This document shows, in pieces, positions 1-8,901 of a DNA stretch of 64,000 nt; position 1 is the stretch's first letter, and each line of letters opens with the position of its first letter. Both the position numbers and the translations under genes were made by a program. The DNA lies in NCBI GenBank assembly GCA_934132895.1, contig CAKPAG010000001.1, forward strand, positions 29,258 through 93,257. Reading direction: 5' to 3'. The notes under the pieces are model-generated. The model saw only the letters and a list, made by a program, of their open reading frames with translations. It was not told the origin of the DNA and made no database searches. Source of the DNA: an uncultured Clostridia bacterium. Its GTDB lineage: Bacteria; Bacillota; Clostridia; TANB77; CAG-465.

Positions 1-793
1 TTTCCATTTTCATCTATAACACCAATTCTATCACCGTCACCATCTATTCCTAGTCCAAAATCAGCATGCTCTTCTAACACTTTTTTCTTTAAGTCAGCAT
101 TATTCTCTTCAACACTTGGATCTGGATGATGATTTGGAAAATTAGAATCTGATTCCATATATAATGGTACCATTTCTATTTTATCCTTAAACATATCGAA
201 TATGTCTTTAGCAATTATTGAAGCTGTTCCATTTGCAGTATCAACTACTACTTTTATTTTTTTATTACCAAGCTCAATGCTTTCTTTTATTAGTTTTAAG
301 TAATCAGCTTTTATATCTTTTTCTATTACGCTACCATTACCATCAACAAATTCACATTTACTTGTAAAATCTCTAAAATCTATTATCATTTGGCCACAAG
401 CATTACCAAAATTACTAACAGACATTTTAAAACCGTTGTATTCTTTTGGATTATGACTTGCTGTTATCATAATTCCCGGCATTATTTCGTCTTTATCATT
501 TAAATTAATTTGTGCAAAATAGTACATTGGTGTTGTAACTAGTCCTAAAGCTAATACATCTATACCAGTTGAAACTATTCCTGTTATTAAAGCATCATAT
601 AATGCAGGAGATGAATCCCTATTATCATGTCCTATAACACATTTTTTATATCCATTTTCTCCTATATATGTACCATATGATCTACCTATTGTATATGCTA
701 TGTCTTCATTTAGATCATTTCCATATATTCCACGTATGTCGTATCCTCTAAATATATTAGGATTAATATCCTTAACTATTTTATATTCTTTCA
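1..793 (-). CDS. phosphomannomutase/phosphoglucomutase family protein, N-terminal part (gene runs off the left edge)
   Basis: Own translation of the minus strand from ATG 793 gives MKEYKIVKDINPNIFRGYDIRGIYG... It has a TASHNP phosphoserine loop and a GIDGDGDR metal loop and stays open to position 1. It is missing from the ORF track because there is no stop in the window. Confidence 0.8.
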
Positions 794-904
794 TTACATA
801 TCACCCACGTATATTATACCATAGTATGGAAAAAAAGCAAATAAAATGGAAAAAATCACTTGAAAATTTTGTGCTTTTTGAATATCAATAAAATTTTCTC
901 ACAC

Positions 905-950
905 TAAAAAATAACCTAAACATCAACTTCTTGTTAACATTTAAGTTATT
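905..950 (-). terminator. rho-independent terminator downstream of the sortase gene
   Basis: Minus-sense stem AATAACTTAAA / TTTAGGTTATT (11 bp, one G-U) followed by TTTTT. Confidence 0.5.
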
Positions 951-969
951 CATTATAACTATAACAATT

Positions 970-1840
970 TTACCTTATATCTTTTTTTATAAGTTTTGCT
1001 TGAATTACTACTCTGTAATTATCATCTTTAGCACAAGTAGAAAGTGTTAAAATACTATCATTTGCACTAAATGCTGTACCAAAATCATATATGCTTCTAC
1101 TTTTACATTCATTTAAAAAGTTCAAATAGCTTTCGTCATTTGCAAAAGATGTAGTTAAGTAATTAGTTTCCTTTGGTGTAGTATATACAGAAAATACTTG
1201 CCACATTGTATTATACTTTTCAGTAGAAAGATATACCACTGTATTATTTCTATTGTTACACCAAGAAGTATTAGTTACTCCAAGTAAACTTCCAAACATC
1301 GTATTATTTCTTCTACTGTGTCCATATATTATATTATTTTTACCGAAATTCATCTAAATTACTTCTATAATCTGCAAAAAGCCATCCAGCTTCATTTACC
1401 GTTTTGTCAAAAGCATGTGTCAAATAATAATCGTTATTATTTGTTTGAACTACTGGATAATTTACTTTTGTTCCAGCAACTTTTAACCATGCAACTGTAT
1501 CAGAGTTTTTGGCATTTAGTTCATCAAATCCCACTGAAAGAAATGGTAGTGACATATAGTAAAAGTAATCATTTGAATATTTTGTATCTTCTTCAGCTGG
1601 TGGATTAACTTTTTCTACATTTTCGCCATCAGTTTCTTTTATATCTGCAATATCTATAGTTTCATCTAAATTCTCTTTTGATTTTTTATTATCTCTTAAC
1701 CATAGAGCAATTTTTATGCCAGAAAAAATAAATAGTGCTATAGCAAATACAAGTAATATATTTATATATATTTTTTTATTTTTTAGGTTAGAACCTTTTC
1801 TATTCTTTTCCCTCTTCATCTTCATCATCCACTTCAACAT
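970..1840 (-). CDS. sortase (class B-like), full length only with a +1 shift at an in-frame CGG; would be auto-annotated as frameshifted
   Basis: ORFs 1340..1840 and 970..1353 are the two halves of one sortase. It has an N-terminal TM anchor, ...DYYLTHAFD..AGWLFADYR..., then IIYGHS (His) and LTLSTC (Cys) motifs. The start could be 1840, 1828 or 1819. Confidence 0.7.
1343..1345 (-). other. in-frame CGG shift site (sense GAA TTT CGG TAA; +1 frame GGT AAA AAT)
   Basis: The 0 frame stops directly after CGG. The +1 frame continues the sortase as GKNNIIYGH. Confidence 0.7.
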
Positions 1841-3311
1841 TTTCTCTTGGTTTTAGCAATGGATAAAGTACTACGTCACGAATATTATAGCTATTTGTTA
1901 AGAATTGCAAGAATCTATCAATTCCTAATCCCCATCCTGAAATAGGTGGCATACCATATTCCATTGCTTTTATATATTCATGATCAAAGCTCATTGCTTC
2001 ATCATCACCATTTTCTTTTAACTTAGCTTGTTCTAAGAATCTATTTTTTTGTTCTACTGAATCAACAAGTTCAGAATATCCATTTATAATTTCTTGTCCA
2101 TTTACTATAAGTTGGAACCTATCTGTAAGTGAATTATTTTCATCATTTGCACGAGCAAGTGGTGATAAGTCAATTGGATGTTTTATTAAAAATGTTGGAC
2201 GTATAATATTAGGTCTGCTTACTTTTTTATATAATTGATCTATTAAATTACCTCTGCCTAAAGCTTCTAAATTTTCTACTTCAAGTACTATATTATTTTT
2301 TCTTATTTCAGCAAGTAAATCAGCAGCAGTAGTAAACTTATCTATATCAATTCCACAGTCTTTTATAAGGAGGTCTCTAAATGAAACTACATCCCAATCT
2401 CCTCCGAAATCTATTTCATTTTCACCAATCATCACTTTTAGATTTCCATTAAATAAATGAGAAATTATATATGTAACCATTTCTTGCATTAATTTCATAT
2501 TATCTTCAAAATTCCAATATGCACTATAACCTTCAACCATTGTAAAATCTTGAAGATGGTTTACACTTATTCCTTCATTTCTAAAATCTCTTGCAATTTC
2601 AAATATATTAGTAAATCCACCAATTATTAGTTTCTTTAATGTAAGTTCAGGTGAAATTCTTAAATATACATCTGTATTATACATATTATGGTGAGTTATA
2701 AATGGTCTTGCAGTTGCACCTGATGCGGTATTTTGAAGCACTGGAGTTTCAACTTCTATAAAGTTCTTTTGCCATAAAAACTCTCTCATTAATTTAATAA
2801 ATTCTGAACGAAGTAAGAATCTTTTTTTAGTTTCATCGTTCATTATTAAATCAAGATGTCTTTCCCTATATAATGTTTCTGTATGTGTAACTCCATGGAA
2901 TTTTTCTGGAAGAGGTCTTAAAGATTTACCTAAGAAAGTATATTCTTTTACTCTAATTGTCTTTTCTCCTGTTTGAGTAACGAAAGTTTCTCCCTCTACT
3001 CCGATAAAGTCACCTACATCTAAAGTTTCATGAATTAGTTTATATTTTTCTTCTCCAACTTCATCTTTTTTTATACAAAGTTGAATTCTTCCTTCAACAT
3101 CTCTTAAATCAAGGAAGCTTATTTTTCCCATTTTTCTTTTAGACATAACACGTCCAGCTACTTTTACATTTTGAACGCCTTCCTCTAAATTTCTGGCATC
3201 CTTTAATGAATGAGTAACTTCAAATCTATCTGGTCTTACAGGTATTCCTGCTTCTTTTAGCTTGTCCTCTTTTTCTTCTCTAACTTTTCTTAACTCGTTT
3301 ATTTCTCCCAT
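1800..3311 (-). CDS. lysS: lysine--tRNA ligase (class II)
   Basis: 503 aa with an OB-fold N-domain plus a class II core (FRNEGIS, GWGLGIDR). GGGAGG RBS upstream. Confidence 0.95.
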   Translation of the reverse strand: MGEINELRKVREEKEDKLKEAGIPVRPDRFEVTHSLKDARNLEEGVQNVKVAGRVMSKRKMGKISFLDLRDVEGRIQLCIKKDEVGEEKYKLIHETLDVGDFIGVEGETFVTQTGEKTIRVKEYTFLGKSLRPLPEKFHGVTHTETLYRERHLDLIMNDETKKRFLLRSEFIKLMREFLWQKNFIEVETPVLQNTASGATARPFITHHNMYNTDVYLRISPELTLKKLIIGGFTNIFEIARDFRNEGISVNHLQDFTMVEGYSAYWNFEDNMKLMQEMVTYIISHLFNGNLKVMIGENEIDFGGDWDVVSFRDLLIKDCGIDIDKFTTAADLLAEIRKNNIVLEVENLEALGRGNLIDQLYKKVSRPNIIRPTFLIKHPIDLSPLARANDENNSLTDRFQLIVNGQEIINGYSELVDSVEQKNRFLEQAKLKENGDDEAMSFDHEYIKAMEYGMPPISGWGLGIDRFLQFLTNSYNIRDVVLYPLLKPRENVEVDDEDEEGKE

Positions 3312-3346
3312 TTTTTCCTCCCATACTATTTATATATAACAAATTA

Positions 3347-3826
3347 TTATAATCTTTTTATTGATATTACTTTATACTTAGACATTCCACCTGGTGTTTC
3401 AACTTCAAATTCTTCTCCTTTTTTTCTTCCCATTAAAGCTTTTCCAACTGGAGATTCATTTGAAATTTTGTTTTCTGCCATATTAACTTCGGTTGCACCT
3501 ACTATACCATATGAAACTTCTTCATCAAATTCATAATCATAAACTGTAACTAAAGTTCCAACACCAACTTTTCTTGTTGATATGTCGTCATCATCAACAA
3601 TTTTTGCATGTCTTAATGTATTTTCTATTTCTAATATTCTTGCTTCAAGTAATGCTTGCTCATTTTTAGCATCATCATATTCAGAGTTTTCAGACAAGTC
3701 TCCAAATTCTCTTGCAACTTTTATTCTTTCAGCCACTTCCATTTTTCTTGGCCCTTTTAACTGTTTTAATTCTTCATCTAATTTTTTAAAACCTTCTTCG
3801 GTTAACATTATTTCTCTTTCTTCCAT
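3347..3826 (-). CDS. greA: transcription elongation factor GreA
   Basis: 159 aa with a coiled-coil N-domain (DLSENSEYDDAK) and a GreA C-domain. GGGAGG RBS 8 nt upstream. Confidence 0.93.
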   Translation of the reverse strand: MEEREIMLTEEGFKKLDEELKQLKGPRKMEVAERIKVAREFGDLSENSEYDDAKNEQALLEARILEIENTLRHAKIVDDDDISTRKVGVGTLVTVYDYEFDEEVSYGIVGATEVNMAENKISNESPVGKALMGRKKGEEFEVETPGGMSKYKVISIKRL

Positions 3827-3889
3827 TTTTTATACCTCCCTATATTTTAAAGCATAACACTAATATTATACTACATATGTCAAGTTATT

Positions 3890-4747
3890 TTAATTATATA
3901 ATTTTCCTAAATCTACTTTACAAAATTCATTTACATCTAACTTCATTCTTTTAAATATAGTTTCTATATATGATTTATTTTTTTCATATATTTTATATTC
4001 TTTACTAAGTATATCATCATCTACATTTGTGATATCTAAAATATATGCTTCTCTTTTTAACACATAATGTGATTTAAAATATTCTTTTTGATTTTCTGTA
4101 TATAGAATACAGAAATCATAATTTTGCAAATTTCTTTTTTGTATTATTTGCACTGAAGAACCATATTCATTATTTATGTTTTCTACTACTTTAGCCAGTT
4201 TTTTATAATCGTATTTATTTATATCCTGCATCTTAAGTATATCTACACATTTATATTTAAGTATATATTCTAAAAACTTTTCAAAATCAAAATCTAATAT
4301 ATCATCTATTGCTACAAGTAATTTAAATCTATCTGGATTTATTTTTTTAACAGTCATATACCTTTCTATATAGCTGATATCTAAAGTTTTTAATTTATTT
4401 AAAGAATCAATATATCTAAAATCTAAACCTATTTGATCAAAAAGTTTTTTTATACTATCTTCTAATCCTATTGTATTTTTTATTTTTCTACTAAAGACTA
4501 CAGTTATATTTCTTTTATTTTTTAACAGGAATTTTAAACTTCTTTTAAATGCTTTTTTATTTTTACTTAAGTCTAAAACTTTTTCTTTATCCAAATTCAA
4601 GAATATATTTGAACTTGTTTTAGTTTTAAGAAGTTTATCCTCCTTTAATATATAACCAAAGGTTTTCAGCAACATTTTATTTGTTACTGAAGTCAGATTT
4701 AAAGATTTATTTTGAGATTCATATATATCGACAAAAAGATTATTCAT
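3890..4747 (-). CDS. hypothetical K/N/L-rich protein in the position normally held by cdaR
   Basis: 285-aa ORF directly downstream of cdaA. I recognise no TM segment or motif. Confidence 0.5.
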   Translation of the reverse strand: MNNLFVDIYESQNKSLNLTSVTNKMLLKTFGYILKEDKLLKTKTSSNIFLNLDKEKVLDLSKNKKAFKRSLKFLLKNKRNITVVFSRKIKNTIGLEDSIKKLFDQIGLDFRYIDSLNKLKTLDISYIERYMTVKKINPDRFKLLVAIDDILDFDFEKFLEYILKYKCVDILKMQDINKYDYKKLAKVVENINNEYGSSVQIIQKRNLQNYDFCILYTENQKEYFKSHYVLKREAYILDITNVDDDILSKEYKIYEKNKSYIETIFKRMKLDVNEFCKVDLGKLYN

Positions 4748-4823
4748 ATATTTTCCTCCATATATGCATGAACTTTTAGTTCATATTTTATACATATATT
4801 TATATATGAATAACTTTTTAATA

Positions 4824-5684
4824 CTATGAATTATTTTTCATAATGTTTTTTATTGCGACACTATTTTTAGTTTTATCCATTTTTTCTAGAAGTAATCCTT
4901 TTAAAGTATCACCGCTTAAATTTCTTGTAAGTTTACCATCTTCTGCTAGTGATATAGTACCTGTTTCTTCTGATACAACAACAACTAACGCATCAGATAT
5001 CTCTGTTATTCCTACTGCTGCTCTATGTCTTGTCCCAACATTTTTAGGTATTGAAACCTCAGAGGCAAGTGGTAATATACATTTAGCTGCCAATATCTCT
5101 GTTTTATCTATAACTATTGCACCATCATGAAGTGGCGTTCTTGGCATAAATATATTTTGAATAAGTTCACTAGACACTTTAGCAGAAAGATTTACTCCTT
5201 CTTTTAAAACATCTGTGATTTGCGTATCTCTTTGAATTACAATTAATGCACCAATATTTTTAAGCGACATTATTTCGACTGCTTTTACAATTTCAGATAT
5301 TGAATGTTTAACCAAAATGTTATCATCCATATCGAATACATCAACTATTTTACTTCTTCCTAATTTTTCAAAAACATTTCTAAGTTCCGGTTGAAATACA
5401 ACAATAAGAAGAATAACTCCATAAGTTAAGAAATTGGTAAGTATAAAATTTAATATTACCATATTGAATACTTTTGCTATTACAAATAATATGCATACAA
5501 AAAATATTCCTTTTACTATTTGACCAGCCCTTGTCTTTTTAACAATTCTAAATAAATAATATATTATAAAAGTTACAATCAAGATATCTGCTATAAATAC
5601 AAGATATCTGATTGGACTGGTAAGATCGAAAACATCTTTTAATTTGTACATTATAGATACAAAACTTGATCCTATTTTATCCAT
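4824..5684 (-). CDS. cdaA: diadenylate cyclase CdaA
   Basis: Three N-terminal TM helices plus a DAC domain (RTPLHDGAIVI, GTRHRAA, VVSEETG). ATG at 5684 is preferred because the GTG at 5693 sits inside the GGGGTG RBS. Confidence 0.88.
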   Translation of the reverse strand: MDKIGSSFVSIMYKLKDVFDLTSPIRYLVFIADILIVTFIIYYLFRIVKKTRAGQIVKGIFFVCILFVIAKVFNMVILNFILTNFLTYGVILLIVVFQPELRNVFEKLGRSKIVDVFDMDDNILVKHSISEIVKAVEIMSLKNIGALIVIQRDTQITDVLKEGVNLSAKVSSELIQNIFMPRTPLHDGAIVIDKTEILAAKCILPLASEVSIPKNVGTRHRAAVGITEISDALVVVVSEETGTISLAEDGKLTRNLSGDTLKGLLLEKMDKTKNSVAIKNIMKNNS

Positions 5685-5716
5685 ACTAATCACCCCATTT
5701 TGTGCGTATTTTTATA

Positions 5717-5827
5717 TTATATACTTCCTTGAACTGCAGATATTAAAACTGCAAACATTGAAAATACCATAGAAAATATAAGGATACCTACTACTGTATA
5801 TTTAACAATACTTTTTTTCTTTTCCAT
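5717..5827 (-). CDS. small membrane protein (36 aa)
   Basis: Own translation gives MEKKKSIVKYTVVGILIFSMVFSMFAVLISAVQGSI, with one TM helix. GGGAGG RBS 9 nt upstream. It lies between glyQS and cdaA. Confidence 0.35.
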   Translation of the reverse strand: MEKKKSIVKYTVVGILIFSMVFSMFAVLISAVQGSI

Positions 5828-5842
5828 AAAACTTTACCTCCC

Positions 5843-7225
5843 TTAAAATTCAATTTTCTCATTAATATAGTTTTCAAGATCAGATATTTTTATTCTTTCT
5901 TGTTTCATTGTATCTCTATCTCTTACAGTAACACATTCATCTTCTAAAGTTTCAAAGTCCACTGTTACACAGTAAGGAGTACCTATTTCATCTTCTCTTC
6001 TATATCTTTTTCCAATTGAGCCACTTTCATCATAATCACACATAAACTTTTTAGAAAGTGCTTCATAAACTTCTTCAGCTTTTGAGCTTAGTTTTTTTGA
6101 TAAAGGAAGTATTGCTACTTTATATGGTGCAAGTGCTGGATGCAAATGTAGAACTACTCTTGTATCTGTATCAGTTATTTTTTCTTCTTCATATGCATTG
6201 CATAAAAATGCAAGCATTACTCTATCTGCTCCAAGTGATGGTTCTATTACATATGGAATATATCTCTCATTTGTTTCAGGATCTAAATAACTTAAATCTT
6301 CTTTTGAGAATTCTTGATGTTTAGATAAATCAAAATCTGTTCTATCAGCTATTCCCCATAATTCACCCCAACCAAAAGGAAATGCAAATTCTATATCTGT
6401 TGTAGCATTTGAGTAATGAGATAATTCTTCTTTTGAATGATCTCTTAAACGAATATTTTCTTTTTTCATTCCTAGGCTTAATAACCATTTTTCACAGAAT
6501 TCTTTCCAATACTTATGCCACTCTAAGTCAGTTCCAGGTTTGCAGAAAAACTCTAGTTCCATTTGTTCGAATTCTCTTGTTCTAAATATGAAATTTCCTG
6601 GTGTGATTTCATTTCTGAATGCTTTACCAATTTGAGCAATTCCCATTGGCATTTTTTTCCTTGAAGTTCTTAGAACATTCTTAAAGTCAACAAAAATTCC
6701 TTGTGCTGTTTCTGGTCTTAAATATATTTCTGCCTTAGCATCTTCTGTTACACCTTGGAAAGTTTTAAACATAAGATTAAATTTACGAATATCTGTAAAA
6801 TTAGTTTTTCCACATGTAGGACATGGTATGTTATTTTCATTAATAAATCCAATTAACTCTTCATCACTCATACCATCTGCTATCATATCTTTTCCTTGAG
6901 CATGTGCCCATTCTTCAATTAATTTATCTGCTCTATGTCTTGTTTTACATTCTTTACAATCTATTAGTGGATCAGAAAATCCTCCAACGTGTCCTGATGC
7001 CACCCAAGTTTCAGGATTCATAAGAATTGCCGCATCTAATCCAACAATATTTTTTTGCTCTTGAATAAATTTTTTTCTCCATGCTGCTTTTACATTGTTT
7101 TTTAGTTCATTTCCTAAAGGACCATAATCCCAAGTATTTGCAAGTCCTCCGTAAATTTCAGATCCTGGATAAACATATCCTCTAGACTTACATAAACTAA
7201 CTAATTTTTCCATTGAATCTAACAC
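5843..7225 (-). CDS. glyQS: glycine--tRNA ligase (homodimeric GlyQS type)
   Basis: 460 aa with ...[24 protein letters not shown]... GTG start 8 nt after a GGAGG RBS. Confidence 0.95.
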   Translation of the reverse strand: MLDSMEKLVSLCKSRGYVYPGSEIYGGLANTWDYGPLGNELKNNVKAAWRKKFIQEQKNIVGLDAAILMNPETWVASGHVGGFSDPLIDCKECKTRHRADKLIEEWAHAQGKDMIADGMSDEELIGFINENNIPCPTCGKTNFTDIRKFNLMFKTFQGVTEDAKAEIYLRPETAQGIFVDFKNVLRTSRKKMPMGIAQIGKAFRNEITPGNFIFRTREFEQMELEFFCKPGTDLEWHKYWKEFCEKWLLSLGMKKENIRLRDHSKEELSHYSNATTDIEFAFPFGWGELWGIADRTDFDLSKHQEFSKEDLSYLDPETNERYIPYVIEPSLGADRVMLAFLCNAYEEEKITDTDTRVVLHLHPALAPYKVAILPLSKKLSSKAEEVYEALSKKFMCDYDESGSIGKRYRREDEIGTPYCVTVDFETLEDECVTVRDRDTMKQERIKISDLENYINEKIEF

Positions 7226-7249
7226 TAAAATTACCTCCTAGTAATTGTT

Positions 7250-8047
7250 TTAATTAACTGGTACTTCTATATCAAGTACACCAAATTTTTTATCAACTAG
7301 TTTTTCTTCATTAAATATTATATGAAAAACTCCATCTTTTATATAGAAATCTTCAAGTCCTGTTATAGCATAAGTAAATTCTGATTCTTTCATCATACCT
7401 TTTTCTACAACATAATCTTGAACTTTACCTTTTATTATACTTTTATAATCTTTTCCAAGTATACTAGATGCTACTGAGAACTCTGTTATCTTCTCTTTTT
7501 TGGCAAGATCTATATTGTATGATGTGATTTTTTCTGTTGTATTTTTCTTAGCAGTATCATCTTTTACCCTTTGATAAATAGTTACTGATAATATTTTATC
7601 TGAACCTACCATATTTTCATAAACATTATATGATACAATATATGTATATTTGCTATCCACATCTTTCATTTGATCTTTTAGTTTAGAAAATATATCTGTA
7701 TATTCTTTATCTATTTCACTATTTATCTCAGTCAATTCTTCTCCATCAACTGTTATTTTTGGTACAGTAATTTGAGATTTAATTTTTGAATTTGAAGAAT
7801 CATTATGTGTTACATCTTTTACTTCATAAGTTATATTTGCATTTTTATTTTTAGTTTCTTCTTTTTCTTCTTTTTCCATATCAACAAGTCTTTGAATATC
7901 TGTTTCTTGGGAACCAACTACTACTGGTTCATTTTCATTAGACATTGCAAATATAATAATTGCTCCACCAATTAATACAAATAAAAAGAAAAATATAACA
8001 AAACCTTTTGAACTTTTTTTCTTTTCACTATAGTGCATTGTTTCCAT
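7250..8047 (-). CDS. membrane-anchored hypothetical protein
   Basis: 265 aa with a single N-terminal TM helix and then a K/E-rich extracytoplasmic domain. Confidence 0.55.
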   Translation of the reverse strand: METMHYSEKKKSSKGFVIFFFLFVLIGGAIIIFAMSNENEPVVVGSQETDIQRLVDMEKEEKEETKNKNANITYEVKDVTHNDSSNSKIKSQITVPKITVDGEELTEINSEIDKEYTDIFSKLKDQMKDVDSKYTYIVSYNVYENMVGSDKILSVTIYQRVKDDTAKKNTTEKITSYNIDLAKKEKITEFSVASSILGKDYKSIIKGKVQDYVVEKGMMKESEFTYAITGLEDFYIKDGVFHIIFNEEKLVDKKFGVLDIEVPVN

Positions 8048-8068
8048 ATTAAATTCACCCCTTATTTT

Positions 8069-8888
8069 TTATTTTGAAATTGATTTTACATTTATATTTA
8101 TTCCAAACAAATTAATTCCTGTAGACATATCAACAGCATAGATTACTGTATTACGAATTTCTTGAGAAAGCTTTGGAATATTTCTTCCAAATTTTATCTC
8201 TATATCTATTCCGAAGTTTCATTCCATCAATATATTTTTCAGTAACTACTTTAAATACTTTTGATACTCCATCAACTCTTGATACTACATGAGAAATAAT
8301 TGCATTAATAACATTATCTGAAATAGTATAGTTACCAAGATAACTATATGTTGGCCTTATTATTGTTTTTTCCGAATTATCATGTACACTATCATCATCT
8401 CTTCCAAAAAAGTTAAATGATTTTAATGAATCAAGAAAATATCCAGAAAACTGTTTTTTAATTTCTAATGTTGGTACTGGTACTACATGTTTGCCATCTT
8501 CTACTCTTGATCTTCTTGCTTCTTTTATCTGTTCATCTGTAGCAATATCTTGAATATATATTGTCTTATATATCTTTCCTAGCTTAAGATTAGCAGCTAT
8601 TTTTTCTACCATATCATCAGATGTACCTAGTATCAATATTTTTTCTGGATTTTCTTTTTTTAGAGCTTGTATCATTTCAGCTCTTCTATTTTCATCCAAA
8701 AATACTGCTGCCTTTACAGAAGCAATAAAATTTGCTTCTGTTTTTGCAGATCTTCCAGCTACTACCTTAGTATTTTTTATAAGGATAGCATCATCTATTA
8801 TATAATTTATTTTATTTTCTTTTGCTACCCTTTGGGCATTATAACTCTTACCTGTTCCTGTTTTTCCTACAAATGCATAAACTTGCAT
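8069..8888 (-). CDS. P-loop domain fused to an Asp23/Gls24-family domain; complete only with a +1 shift at an in-frame CGG
   Basis: N-terminal Walker A (GKTGTGKS). The C-terminal part reads GNYTISDNVINAIISHVVSRVDGVSKV...GMKL then, in the +1 frame, GIDIEIKFGRNIPKLSQEIRNTVIYAVDMSTGINLFGININVKSISK. That matches the Asp23 fold pattern and ends at TAA 8069-8071. Confidence 0.6.
8211..8213 (-). other. in-frame CGG shift site (AAA CTT CGG AAT; +1 GGA ATA GAT)
   Basis: The 0 frame gives an unrelated basic tail (RNRYRDKIWKKYSKAFSRNS). The +1 frame completes the Asp23 domain. Confidence 0.65.
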
Positions 8889-8901
8889 AAATTACGCACC
8901 T

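Noticed and set aside
700-891. A 63-aa plus-strand ORF
   Set aside because: It lies antisense to the start of the PMM/PGM gene and its promoter region. It has no RBS.
7226-7249. T-box or other riboswitch leaders upstream of glyQS, lysS and asnB
   Set aside because: The intergenic spaces before glyQS (24 nt) and lysS (35 nt) are too short. The 180-nt asnB upstream region is almost pure A/T, with no specifier or T-box-like conserved stems.
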